64,000 bases of DNA, taken from contig JAKFCY010000002.1 in assembly GCA_036676395.1 (NCBI GenBank), forward strand, positions 1,408,001 to 1,472,000. Direction: 5' to 3'. The position numbers were made by a program, and so were the translations under genes. The notes under the pieces were generated by a model, which saw only the letters and a program-made list of their open reading frames with translations, searched no databases and was not told where the DNA came from. Positions 48,962-58,880 of the stretch are shown one piece after another. This DNA is from Bdellovibrio sp. (GTDB lineage Bacteria; Bdellovibrionota; Bdellovibrionia; Bdellovibrionales; Bdellovibrionaceae). The stretch's first letter is position 1. The number at the start of each line of letters is the position of its first letter.

Positions 48962-49759
48962 ATGGCGTTTAAGGCAGTTTTACCTAAGGTCTATCAAAAT
49001 TTTTTAGACCGAAAAATTCTAAATTTAGATATCAGTGAAACAAAAGCCACTTGTGATAATTGCTTACGCGCGCGCGATAAACGTTTTCCTTATACCTATG
49101 AAGCTAATTTAAAATGCTGCACTTTTGTTCCGTTTATTCCTAATTTTTCAGTGGGAGGAATCCTTTCACAAAAATTAGAGGGTTATAAAATCATCGAAGA
49201 AATGATTGCTGATCGCAGGTTTGCTTTACCGTTAGGGATTTTTCCAGACTTTGAATATCAGTATAAATTCTCAAATAAAAAACAAAAAGATTTCGGTAAT
49301 CGTGAAGATTTATTATGTCATTATTACGACCGCGATAAAAATCAATGCAGCATCTGGGAGTTTCGCGGCGTAGTTTGCACCACATTTTTTTGTCGCAGTG
49401 ATTACGGAAAATCTGGCCAAGATCTTTGGACTGAAGTGAATAATTATTTAAGTTATGTTGAAATGTCTTTAGCTGAAGACTGTCTGGTGATGAAAGATTT
49501 TTCTCCTCGCGATATCTCGGATCAGCTCGTGTTTTTAAATAAAAAAGACTTCACTAAAGCTGAAAAAACGATGAAAAACCTAACACCGTCTGAGTTAAAG
49601 CCTTACTGGAATGGCTATAAAGATCCAGCTGAATTCTATTTATCTTGCTATGAGCTTGTTCAAAAGCTGAACCGCACAACGTTTAAAGAAATAATCGGCG
49701 AACAAGGGTTGAAATTAGAAAAAAGAGTGTTACAAGGATACGCATGTCTATCGAAGTAA
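48962..49759 (+). CDS. Cys-cluster protein (YkgJ/CxxCxxCC-like, putative Zn or Fe-S binding)
   Basis: CDNC, KCC, LCHYY, CSIWEFR.VVCTTFFC. Confidence 0.75.
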   Translation: MAFKAVLPKVYQNFLDRKILNLDISETKATCDNCLRARDKRFPYTYEANLKCCTFVPFIPNFSVGGILSQKLEGYKIIEEMIADRRFALPLGIFPDFEYQYKFSNKKQKDFGNREDLLCHYYDRDKNQCSIWEFRGVVCTTFFCRSDYGKSGQDLWTEVNNYLSYVEMSLAEDCLVMKDFSPRDISDQLVFLNKKDFTKAEKTMKNLTPSELKPYWNGYKDPAEFYLSCYELVQKLNRTTFKEIIGEQGLKLEKRVLQGYACLSK

Positions 49760-50172
49760 AAGCCCAAGAGATGGTCGCGCAATTTTCTAATATTAATGAT
49801 TGGGAACGGAAATACGAAAAAATTATTGAGCTTGGCAAAGCTTGGCCGGGGCTTCCCGAAGAATTAAAAACAGAAGATTTAAAAGTTAAAGGCTGCCAAT
49901 CACAAGTTTGGATAAAAGCTGAGTTAAAAGATGGAAAAGTTTTTTTTCAAGGTGATAGTGACGCGATTATTGTGCGTGGATTAGTGGCTCTAGTTTTGAC
50001 AGTGTATTCTGGGCAAACCCCCTCTGATATCATGAAATATGATGCCAACTTTTTAAAAGAGATCGGTCTGGACTCAGGACTGTCTCCAAGTCGTACAAAT
50101 GGCTTATATTCGATGTTAAAACAAATTAAGTATTATGCCACTGCTTTTGCCTATTTACTTTCAAAACAATAA
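49744..50172 (+). CDS. sufE: SufE/CsdE family sulfur acceptor
   Basis: VKGCQSQVW, DSDAIIVRGL, LSPSRTNGL. Confidence 0.95.
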   Translation: MSIEVKAQEMVAQFSNINDWERKYEKIIELGKAWPGLPEELKTEDLKVKGCQSQVWIKAELKDGKVFFQGDSDAIIVRGLVALVLTVYSGQTPSDIMKYDANFLKEIGLDSGLSPSRTNGLYSMLKQIKYYATAFAYLLSKQ

Positions 50173-50188
50173 CCCCTAACATTAAGTA

Positions 50189-50686
50189 ATGAAGTCTAAT
50201 TTATTGCTTAGGATAGCGATTTTATTCACTATTGTTTTTTCAACAATGGCCGCAGAAGCGGGTCGTATTCGAATGCGTAAAGTCAAAGATGCTCCGAAAG
50301 TTTGTGCGACGATGAACGAAGACAAATTTCTTTCTCGTGGTAATAAGCGCATTTTCGGAACCTTAAGAAACAGTGTAATTATTGAACAAGACATCTCGCT
50401 GGTTAATGATTTAGGTAAAAAAATCTGCCAATGGCCCACAAACCGCTGGGAAGCTTTAGGTGATCTTTCTAAATATAACTTTTATATCGATGAGCAAAGA
50501 AATGCGCTTTATCCCTACATGAAAGCTGAAAACCAATATCAGTTTGTTAAAATCAGTTTAGATGATTGCTCTTTAAGTGAAGTGCAAACCACAGATAAGT
50601 TAGAACTGCCAAAATGCGAAGCTAAAAAGAAAGCCCGCTCCAAGTCTAAGCGCAAAGTTGCCAGCAATAATCGCTCAAGAGCTTAA
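50189..50686 (+). CDS. secreted hypothetical protein
   Basis: Signal peptide (AEA), 4 Cys, basic tail. Confidence 0.75.
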   Translation: MKSNLLLRIAILFTIVFSTMAAEAGRIRMRKVKDAPKVCATMNEDKFLSRGNKRIFGTLRNSVIIEQDISLVNDLGKKICQWPTNRWEALGDLSKYNFYIDEQRNALYPYMKAENQYQFVKISLDDCSLSEVQTTDKLELPKCEAKKKARSKSKRKVASNNRSRA

Positions 50687-50692
50687 TTTAGT

Positions 50693-51514
50693 TTAAAATT
50701 TATAAGTCACCACAAAATAGTGTCCCACTCCCGAAGTGTCTCCTCCGAATCCGCCATCTTTTAGCAGGCCCATGTCTTTATAGACCTTCATGCCATAGCC
50801 GGCAGAATAACGCTCTGAATGCCAATAGAAGCCGTTGTACCAGGCGATTGAGCTGCTCGTGCGATTTATGTCGTCTGAAATTTTATTGGCGGCAAAAGTG
50901 TAATCAAAGAAGCCTTGATAAGTTATATAACTCTTATCTGCGGCAACGTAAAAAGGTTTAAACCAGCTTGTCGATAGTAAATATCCGTCAAATTTTCCTT
51001 CATTGGCCGCGCCGAAATTTTCTCGAACATAGCGGGCCATTATTTTAGGGGTAAGTTTTCCGAACCATGGTGCTTGTACATCGGCTCCAAGGCCAATGAA
51101 GTGTTCAAATAAGGATCTGTCGCCTATATTTGTTTGCGTTGCGATATACCACTCTGTAATTGGCCCTATCGAAAGATCATGTCCGGTCATCGCATCGAGA
51201 GAGAGTTTGGGAGCAAACTTAAAAAAAAGATTATCTTTGTTGTGAAGATCACTTTTTGAAGAATCAAAAATATCCAGAACATCCAAAAAGCCATAAACTT
51301 CGAAAAATCGAGAACGCCCGCCAAACTCCAATTCAAAAAACGTATCATTTTTGCTATTGAAAGGAAGCTTGTTGTTCACGCTCTGTAAGAGGCTAAACTG
51401 AAACCATTTGTTATCGTTTTTATGAATGTTGTCAGAATAGTCAGCGCAAAAGCTTCTATTGCAGTAAAAAAAACTAAGAGTCAGGGTCAGTAGCGATAAG
51501 TATTTTTTAAACAT
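50693..51514 (-). CDS. tsx: nucleoside-specific outer-membrane channel (Tsx/OmpK family)
   Basis: Signal peptide; DTFFELEFGGR, YGFLD, FFKFAPKLSLD, WFKPF, C-terminal YKF. Confidence 0.85.
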   Translation of the reverse strand: MFKKYLSLLTLTLSFFYCNRSFCADYSDNIHKNDNKWFQFSLLQSVNNKLPFNSKNDTFFELEFGGRSRFFEVYGFLDVLDIFDSSKSDLHNKDNLFFKFAPKLSLDAMTGHDLSIGPITEWYIATQTNIGDRSLFEHFIGLGADVQAPWFGKLTPKIMARYVRENFGAANEGKFDGYLLSTSWFKPFYVAADKSYITYQGFFDYTFAANKISDDINRTSSSIAWYNGFYWHSERYSAGYGMKVYKDMGLLKDGGFGGDTSGVGHYFVVTYKF

Positions 51515-51546
51515 GTGTGAACCTCAATTGAATTTAAAATTCATAG

Positions 51547-52932
51547 TTAGTGGGGCAAAAAAACTTTTTGAAGTCGACCGGATTTTTTTGACTTTATAAC
51601 TGCAGCGTTGATGTCATTAATTTTCAAATCAGATTTTTTGGATGAGGCACATTTTACGTTAATCGGGTCAATTTCAAACGGAGCTTCCTGTAAGTTCGAA
51701 TGTTTTTTTCTATAATAATTATATTCCAAATTATTCAAGACAATATATTGAACGCGCTCAGAAAGAAGTTTTGCTATATTATCTGCTCCAGAAATCGCAT
51801 CTTCACGCTTAATGCGACCATCTTTAAAATATGGACTCAGTGCCGGGTAGACGAAACCAAGAGCCGTGCCGAGCGTTCTTCCTTTTAAATCTTTCAAAGA
51901 TTTCAATTGAGGATTCGCCATAGTTTTTTTAAGGCCAACGATAAGATTAGATTGTTTGAAAATCGGAATACTCCAATTGTAATCTTTAGCATAACTTCCG
52001 GCCCAGGCTTCTGTGTTGTAGCAGACAAGTTCGATTACGCCCTCGGCTAGTTCAGAGTCTAGCCTTTTTCGGGGGGATAACATAAAACGAATAGGTCGCT
52101 TAAGTTTTCTTCCGATCTCAAGGCCTAAATCAAAAAAAAGCCCACCCTGAATGATCGGCGTTTCAGTGTTATTATCAAACTGTAAAAATGGCGGAGAATT
52201 ATTGTCATTCATCCCGTATGTAATCGGTCGGGGTATCGTTTTTGAATTTAAGTACCGGGCATATATTTTTTGAAATTCTTTTTTGCTTTTAAGATTGGCG
52301 ATCGCTTTATTTAATTTCTTTAACGACACCGATGATTTTTTAGAAAGCGAACACTGGACTTCGCTTTTATCAAGAGTAACTGAACTTTTTTGTAACTGGG
52401 GGTAAGTTATCTTATGAAAATTAAATTCTATTTCACTCATGACAATGTGATCAAGGCGATCGTCGAGAAGTTTTTTAAGGCCTTCTGTGACTGAAGCAGA
52501 ATCGTCTCTTTGTAAAACCTTATTCTTAAATTTTTCTTCTAACTCTGGATAAAAAACTTTTTTACCAACTAAGACATCTGAGTAAGTATAAAGAGGGTTG
52601 CTCCATAAAAATTCATCTTTAGAGGCGGGATCCCATTCAGGACTGTTGTGGCAAACAAGATCAAGATTACCCTCTTTTAAATCCTGAATCATTTTTGATC
52701 TCGGTAAAGGCAAAACCGAGTAATCTTGATTTAAATCTTCGGCGATTGCCACGGTGACTTCGTAAATAAATCCACCAGTTGCCAATGGAAAATTAGGATC
52801 ATCAAATTGGTATAAAAGCGGCGCCGTATTGCTTGCATCAATCCCAAATTTAATATGAGCAGCGCAGGCTTCTGAGGTTAAGTGTGAGACAAGAACGTAG
52901 ATTGAGATATAGAAAAATAAGAACTTTTTCAC
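51547..52932 (-). CDS. tandem family-3-like solute-binding protein (two domains)
   Basis: GTG start, signal peptide, two homologous SBP repeats (PRxK/R...L.EG...LVC; YP.L...F; KLL..R). Confidence 0.85.
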   Translation of the reverse strand: MKKFLFFYISIYVLVSHLTSEACAAHIKFGIDASNTAPLLYQFDDPNFPLATGGFIYEVTVAIAEDLNQDYSVLPLPRSKMIQDLKEGNLDLVCHNSPEWDPASKDEFLWSNPLYTYSDVLVGKKVFYPELEEKFKNKVLQRDDSASVTEGLKKLLDDRLDHIVMSEIEFNFHKITYPQLQKSSVTLDKSEVQCSLSKKSSVSLKKLNKAIANLKSKKEFQKIYARYLNSKTIPRPITYGMNDNNSPPFLQFDNNTETPIIQGGLFFDLGLEIGRKLKRPIRFMLSPRKRLDSELAEGVIELVCYNTEAWAGSYAKDYNWSIPIFKQSNLIVGLKKTMANPQLKSLKDLKGRTLGTALGFVYPALSPYFKDGRIKREDAISGADNIAKLLSERVQYIVLNNLEYNYYRKKHSNLQEAPFEIDPINVKCASSKKSDLKINDINAAVIKSKKSGRLQKVFLPH

Positions 52933-53164
52933 ATTACAAATATAAAATATTCTACTCTGATTAGCTATTTTAAACTTAATTCGTAACGAGTGCTGGCAAG
53001 TCGTGGGGCGAGTTACCTCGTTAATTTTTTTTGTTCATGCGAAAACTATGTCTTAAGCCCCATCAATTTCACAGACTTTTAACATGAGCCTTCGAGTAGG
53101 ATTTTTGAAAATTATTTTTTTAACATTGATTCGAAGCAGTTTTGTGACATAAAGTCATGTCTGG

Positions 53165-53548
53165 GTGATAACTATGATGTCAAAAGCTTCAGGAAAAATT
53201 TTAATCATAGAAGACGATAAAGATATCGCTTTTGTTTTAAAAACAATTATCGAGCTTGATGGTTATACCGCGTTGATTGCAGAAAACGGCAAAATTGCTC
53301 TTGATTTAATCAAGAGTGATGGTCCTTTTCAATTGATATTTCTCGATATGCAGATGCCTGTCATGAATGGCTGGCTCTTTGCTGAAAATTTTTATAGCTT
53401 ATATGGTCATGCTTCACCAATCGTTGTTATGACAGCAGCGGCAGACAGTAAGCAAAGAGCAAAAGAAGTTAATGCCAATGACTGTCTGGCCAAGCCCTTT
53501 GAGGTCACAGACTTTCAGGCCATGGTTCAGAAATATCTTCCCCATTGA
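53165..53548 (+). CDS. single-domain response regulator (CheY-like)
   Basis: IIEDD, LDMQMPVMNG, MTA, AKPF. Confidence 0.93.
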   Translation: MITMMSKASGKILIIEDDKDIAFVLKTIIELDGYTALIAENGKIALDLIKSDGPFQLIFLDMQMPVMNGWLFAENFYSLYGHASPIVVMTAAADSKQRAKEVNANDCLAKPFEVTDFQAMVQKYLPH

Positions 53549-53558
53549 ATGAGCGTAT

Positions 53559-54968
53559 ATGAAATTGCCGGTAGTAAGATCAATTGTATTTTACGTTAGT
53601 ATACTGCTGGTCGTGACAGTGACGCTGGCTCTTGGCATGTATGGTTTTCTGAATTATTCAGAGATCAAAAATAGTCGCATCAGTAATTTAAAATCAAATC
53701 TTTCAATCCAAACCAGCCAGCTATCAATTGCTCTGGCGCTACCTGGCTGGAATCTTGACAACTTCGGGGTAGACAGAATTATTGATAGCTTTTTGTTAGA
53801 TCGCAACATCAGTGCCGTCGTTGTAGATGTGGGCGATGAAGAAAAAAGTATTCGAATTCGAGATTCTGACTGGCAGATCGTAACAAGTAAAACGGTGCCA
53901 ATATTAACTGAAGAATTTAAAGAAGAAAAAGAGATTGTTTTTAAAAATGAAGTTATTGGTTCTGTGCAAGTCTATGTTACACCAAAATTTATACAACAAG
54001 AACTCATTGGAATAGTTATTAGAATCGTATTCTTTACGGTCGTGCTTGATTTGGTGCTTGTCCTGCTTCTGTATTTTCTTTTAAGCCGTAATGTGCTTAA
54101 GCCATTAACCGAAATTGAGCGTTATGCGCTGGCTGTGAGCTCTACGGGGGCTGTTCCTAATTTACAAATGGGTCGGTATTTTTTAACTGAATTTCGAAGC
54201 CTTACAGTCTCTATCGAAGATATGGTGACCCAATTGATTAAAGCTAAATCAGATGCAGAACTGATCGGTAATATCAAAAGCCAATTTCTGGATATTGCGG
54301 CTCATGAGCTGAAAACTCCGGTTACTGCACTTGGCTTATTGGTCGATATGGCAAATGTTTACGTAAGCAAAGGCATGCCACTTGGTCTGTCTGATCTAGA
54401 AAGAATTAAAAAACAGACTCATCGTCTTAAAACTCTTCTGGAAGATCTTTTAGATGTGTCGCGAATGGAAAGAGGATTTCTAGTTATGCGGCCGGTTCAC
54501 GCGGATATAGTGGCCTTAGTCAGTGAGAGTGTGGATGATTACAGAAATCAAGTGCCTTCTCGCAATTTTATTTTTACGAAACCAGACGCTGCAATTATTC
54601 TTGATATTGATCCTGAAAGAATTAACCAGGTTCTTGGAAATCTTTTAAATAATGCTATTCACTACTCACCTGAGGGTAGTCCGATAGAAGTGTCAATTAG
54701 TGCTTCAGAAAAAGTTATCAGAGTGTCTATTAAAGATTACGGTCCCGGGATTTCAGAAAAGCTTCAGGCAAAATTATTTACCAGATTTTTTAGAGTTATC
54801 TCAAATGAGTCGGCTATTCATCCGGGGCTTGGTTTGGGCCTGTATATCAGTCGTTCGATAATTGAAATGCATGGCGGAGTCATAGGCGTAAACAGCGAAG
54901 AGGGGCATGGAAGCACCTTTTATTTTGACTTACCACGCGTGCATAGCGGAACTCCTGAATTTAATTAG
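53559..54968 (+). CDS. membrane sensor histidine kinase
   Basis: Two TMs, periplasmic domain, HAMP-like region; AHELKTP, NLLNNA, DYGPGI, GLGLGL. Confidence 0.95.
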   Translation: MKLPVVRSIVFYVSILLVVTVTLALGMYGFLNYSEIKNSRISNLKSNLSIQTSQLSIALALPGWNLDNFGVDRIIDSFLLDRNISAVVVDVGDEEKSIRIRDSDWQIVTSKTVPILTEEFKEEKEIVFKNEVIGSVQVYVTPKFIQQELIGIVIRIVFFTVVLDLVLVLLLYFLLSRNVLKPLTEIERYALAVSSTGAVPNLQMGRYFLTEFRSLTVSIEDMVTQLIKAKSDAELIGNIKSQFLDIAAHELKTPVTALGLLVDMANVYVSKGMPLGLSDLERIKKQTHRLKTLLEDLLDVSRMERGFLVMRPVHADIVALVSESVDDYRNQVPSRNFIFTKPDAAIILDIDPERINQVLGNLLNNAIHYSPEGSPIEVSISASEKVIRVSIKDYGPGISEKLQAKLFTRFFRVISNESAIHPGLGLGLYISRSIIEMHGGVIGVNSEEGHGSTFYFDLPRVHSGTPEFN

Positions 54969-55749
54969 GGCGTAATGTGGTCGCGATCTTCCATAGCTTA
55001 AATTGCTCGGATTGCTTAAATTTGCTGAGTAAAGCATTAATCTCTTGCACCGAAGGCCGAATATTTTTTCTTACAATCACCGTGTGTAAATAATGTTGAT
55101 CAACCTTGTTTGAAATCAAAATCTTGGCACGAGCTTCTGGGTGGGTAATAAAATACCAACTCAAAAATGCATCTGATACGATGGCGATATCCCCACGATC
55201 GCGAAGGATCATTTTAACGCTTCCTTCGTTGCTGGTCGATGCTTGCATATTGTATTTTTCACGCAAGTAACTGACATCTGCATTGAAGTTCGCAAAGCCA
55301 TAGTGATAACCCAGCATTCCAACCATGGACTTGCCTGTGAAGTCGGCGAAGTATTTTTCGTCACGGCCAGGCTTCATTTTGGCGATGTAGATTTCTTTTC
55401 CACGCATGTAAACCATCGATGCGTCCACGTCGGCTTTATCCCAACCCCATTTGATATTATCAAAAAAGCTTAGATCATATGAGCCATTTTTGAAGTCGCG
55501 GATTTTTCGCATGGCCGATGTTTGAACGGGCACGAATTTGTAGGTGCTCTGAACAGAGTTCATGTAATCCAGCATCTCCATGATCATGCCGCCTGTTTTG
55601 CCATTGGCTTCAACTTCAATGTAGGGCGGAAAATGAACCACGCCAACTTTTACAATCAACGGTTTTTTATGAGCAGAAGTGTCGGCCCAAGCATCGCTTG
55701 GACTCATGAAAGAAAATAAACAAAAGATAGCGACAATCAGTAATTTCAC
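54961..55749 (-). CDS. family-3-like solute-binding protein
   Basis: GTG 55749 start gives signal peptide KLLIVAIFCLFSF...AWA; FPPY, GYHYG, RGD motifs. Confidence 0.85.
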   Translation of the reverse strand: MKLLIVAIFCLFSFMSPSDAWADTSAHKKPLIVKVGVVHFPPYIEVEANGKTGGMIMEMLDYMNSVQSTYKFVPVQTSAMRKIRDFKNGSYDLSFFDNIKWGWDKADVDASMVYMRGKEIYIAKMKPGRDEKYFADFTGKSMVGMLGYHYGFANFNADVSYLREKYNMQASTSNEGSVKMILRDRGDIAIVSDAFLSWYFITHPEARAKILISNKVDQHYLHTVIVRKNIRPSVQEINALLSKFKQSEQFKLWKIATTLRPN

Positions 55750-55753
55750 GTCA

Positions 55754-56455
55754 TTATAAAGTTGCGTAAACTTTATGAGTGTCATCAAGATCATCTACGG
55801 CCTGTAGAAATTCTTGAACTTCTTTAACCTGTGCTTCGCTTAATGTCGCATGATCTTTGGCTTTGTAACCTAAGTAGGCTGACGTTACTGTCCAGCCACG
55901 GGCCTTAAGCGCATCGTTCACAGACATCAGACCATCTGCTGGCGTGATAAATTCATAAGAGCCATCATCGTTTTTTGATGCGTCATCAGCGCCGGCTTCG
56001 ATAGCTTCTTCGTCGATATCAAAACTTCCTGGTTTTGTAGCTTCAATAAATCCACAACGTAAAAACATCCAAGCAACAGATCCCGTTTCGCCAAGATTGC
56101 CGTCGTGTTTTTTAAATACTGAACGCATTTCTGGAGCCGTTCTATGTTTGTTATCCGTTTGGCATTCAACGATCACGCCTACGCCGTGCGGAGCATAACC
56201 TTCGTAAGTTAATTCTTCGATGATTTTTCCGTCATCTAATAAACCCGCACCTTTTTTAATCGCACGGTCAATTGTATCATTCGGGCAAGAAATCTTTTTT
56301 GCCACATCGATAGCTAAGCGAAGACGGGCATTCATGTCAGGATTAGGGCCTCCTGCTTTTGCTGCTACCGAGATCTCTCGCGCAGCTTTTGTGAACAATT
56401 GCCCTTTTTTCTGAGCGTTCTCTGATTTGCCGGCGGCTTTCCAACCTTTTCCCAT
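55754..56455 (-). CDS. yebC: YebC/PmpR family protein
   Basis: GGPNPDMNARL, YEGY, TDNKHRT, GSVAWMF. Confidence 0.96.
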   Translation of the reverse strand: MGKGWKAAGKSENAQKKGQLFTKAAREISVAAKAGGPNPDMNARLRLAIDVAKKISCPNDTIDRAIKKGAGLLDDGKIIEELTYEGYAPHGVGVIVECQTDNKHRTAPEMRSVFKKHDGNLGETGSVAWMFLRCGFIEATKPGSFDIDEEAIEAGADDASKNDDGSYEFITPADGLMSVNDALKARGWTVTSAYLGYKAKDHATLSEAQVKEVQEFLQAVDDLDDTHKVYATL

Positions 56456-56561
56456 TCAATAAACTCCTAATTAAAAGAGACCATGTTAAAACCTCACTTA
56501 AGGGTTTGTCTAGGGATGAGCTTGCGCACGAGGCGATTTTGGACTATTTCATTACTAGATT

Positions 56562-57365
56562 ATGTGGGCATTTGCTGAAAAAAACATCTTTAAGAAAATC
56601 GAAATGGTTAAGAATATGACCACTTTAGATAATATTGTTGGTCTGTCTACGAAAGACCTAGTCCCAGCCCGTGATATCGCCGTTATGCCGCTTCGTTTTC
56701 ATCCTGATAAAAAAGGTCTATCAACGAACGAAGGCCAAGCCCGTATGCTGCATGACTTGGCCAATATTGAGCTTCAAGCCATGGAGTTAGGTCTACGCAC
56801 CCTTTGTGATTTTAAAGGGGCGCCCGAGGCTTTTAAAGAAGAATTGTATGCAGTTACAAAATCTGAAGCTGATCATTTAGAAATGTGTTTAATTGAAATT
56901 GAAAAATTAGGTTTTAAATGGGGAGACTGGCCAGCTCACACGGCTTTATGGGATTGCACGGCGGCTTCTGATTCTTTGTTAGATCGAATTTTAATTGTGC
57001 ATCGTTATCTTGAAGGTTCTGGCCTTGATGCCGGCGACACTTTAATTCGTCGTTTAAAAGGCGTTGATGCAAAATCTGTTTTAATGGCGGTTGAAAGAAT
57101 TAACCGCGAAGAAGTCGGGCATGTCCTGTTTGGCTCTGAATGGTATGTTAATATTTGTAATTTAGAAAAACTTGATCCTGAAACAGATTATCCACAGCGT
57201 ATGCGTGATTTGCGGTGGTCACTGCCAAAACGTATGGAACCGATCAATGTCGATATCCGTAAAAAAGCTGGATTTACAGACTTAGAGATTAAATATCTAC
57301 AAGATCTTCGTGAGTCTTTTTTAGAAAAACACGCTTCATCTCGCAACACTTCAGACAGAGGTTGA
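56562..57365 (+). CDS. DUF455 ferritin-like protein
   Basis: LHDLANIE, EADH, LEGSGLD, EEVGHVLFG di-iron-type motifs. Confidence 0.85.
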   Translation: MWAFAEKNIFKKIEMVKNMTTLDNIVGLSTKDLVPARDIAVMPLRFHPDKKGLSTNEGQARMLHDLANIELQAMELGLRTLCDFKGAPEAFKEELYAVTKSEADHLEMCLIEIEKLGFKWGDWPAHTALWDCTAASDSLLDRILIVHRYLEGSGLDAGDTLIRRLKGVDAKSVLMAVERINREEVGHVLFGSEWYVNICNLEKLDPETDYPQRMRDLRWSLPKRMEPINVDIRKKAGFTDLEIKYLQDLRESFLEKHASSRNTSDRG

Positions 57366-57375
57366 GCAATCTAAA

Positions 57376-58128
57376 TTAAATCTCTTCCTTATCAGTCACA
57401 AAGCGCCACTGACCTTCAGGTAAGTCACCTAACTTTAAATTGCCAGTACGAACGCGTTTTAGTCCATTCACTTTAAGGCCAACAAGCTCACACATTCTTC
57501 TGATTTGACGTTTTTTTCCCTCTTTCAGAACAAAACGTAATTGATCTTCGTTGATCCATTCAACTTTAGCTGGCTTTAATTTTTCGCCATCTAACTCAAG
57601 ACCAAAATTTAAAAGTTTAAGTTTAGACTGAGGTAGTGTGTTTTCAGGGCCCAAGTATTTAACACGCACTAGATATTCTTTTTCGATATCTGAATTTTCG
57701 CCAATAACTTTTTTTGCAAGTCTACCGTCTTGAGTAAAAATTAAAATACCTTGTGAATCGATATCTAAACGACCAATAACTGCGATGTTTTTTAAATCAC
57801 CCATTTTAAGCCGTTGTCGGTAAGTTGGGTGATCTTTGAATTGGTTTTCATCAGTGATTAATCTGATGGCTGGTTCGTAACCAGGTTCAGGTTGTGATGA
57901 AACATATCCGATCGGTTTGTTTAACATAATAGTTATTAGGTTTTTCTGCTGAGTCATGGCTTCTGCAGAAAGAGTAATTTTCACATCAGGTAAAACTTTG
58001 CTTCCAAGCTCGCTGACAACTTGTCCGTTAACAGAGACATAACCTTTAGCGATGTATTCATCAGCTTCTCTGCGTGAGCAGATTCCGCGTTCTGACATTA
58101 ATTTAGAAAGTCTTATTGGATCAGCCAT
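57376..58128 (-). CDS. rRNA pseudouridine synthase (RsuA/RluB/RluF family)
   Basis: S4 domain (CSRREAD), NKP.G, GRLD catalytic Asp, [10 protein letters not shown]. Confidence 0.94.
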   Translation of the reverse strand: MADPIRLSKLMSERGICSRREADEYIAKGYVSVNGQVVSELGSKVLPDVKITLSAEAMTQQKNLITIMLNKPIGYVSSQPEPGYEPAIRLITDENQFKDHPTYRQRLKMGDLKNIAVIGRLDIDSQGILIFTQDGRLAKKVIGENSDIEKEYLVRVKYLGPENTLPQSKLKLLNFGLELDGEKLKPAKVEWINEDQLRFVLKEGKKRQIRRMCELVGLKVNGLKRVRTGNLKLGDLPEGQWRFVTDKEEI

Positions 58129-58880
58129 TATTTAATATTTATCCCGCCGTCGATATTGTGAACAGCGCCTGTTGTCCAAGTTGATTGTTCTGAACCAAAA
58201 AAGAAAATGCTTTCAGCGATGTATTCAGGTCGGCCGATTTTTTTCAATAATTGCATATCTGTAATGCCAGCATGAATTTTATCTTTTGCCGATGCCGGAG
58301 CATTGTAGAAATCATGAATTGGTGTTTCGACAATCCCTGGGCAAATGCTATTTGCGCGAATATTAAATTCTCCGCCTTCTTGAGCTAAAGAAATAGTCCA
58401 GTTCACCATGGCAGCCTTTGATGCTGAGTACGCGGAAGTGTTTGGCGCGGGTTTGATACCTAAAGTCGAAGCAACATTCACGATTGAACCTTTTTTGTTC
58501 GCTTTAAATACGGGCCATAAGCTTTGCGTAATTTTAACTGAGCCGAAAAGATTTACTTCAAACATGTCTTTCCAGACATCTAATGAAGTATCGTCAGGTT
58601 TATTTTGTGTATAAATGCCGGCATTATTAACTAAAATCGTCGGCTTAGAAAGATTTGAAAGTTTGGCGTGAAGTTTAGTCGCGTCGAAATCTTTCAAATC
58701 CATCGAAAGTGTTTCAATTTTGATATTGATATTTCTGGCTTGCGCTTGGGTTTTAACTTTTTCTAATTTTTCAGAAGATCTTCCGATTAAAAGCAAATCA
58801 AAACCTTCGCTGGCAAATTTGTAAGCTGCAGCTTCGCCGATTCCGCTACTTGCGCCAGTGATGACTACAGCTTCTTGCAT
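58128..58880 (-). CDS. short-chain dehydrogenase/reductase
   Basis: [17 protein letters not shown]. Confidence 0.95.
   Translation of the reverse strand: MQEAVVITGASSGIGEAAAYKFASEGFDLLLIGRSSEKLEKVKTQAQARNINIKIETLSMDLKDFDATKLHAKLSNLSKPTILVNNAGIYTQNKPDDTSLDVWKDMFEVNLFGSVKITQSLWPVFKANKKGSIVNVASTLGIKPAPNTSAYSASKAAMVNWTISLAQEGGEFNIRANSICPGIVETPIHDFYNAPASAKDKIHAGITDMQLLKKIGRPEYIAESIFFFGSEQSTWTTGAVHNIDGGINIK

Noticed and set aside
52984..53032. TAACGAG...CTCGTTA stem followed by a T-run
   Set aside because: The loop is too large for a standard terminator, there is no upstream plus-strand gene, and no riboswitch consensus is recognisable
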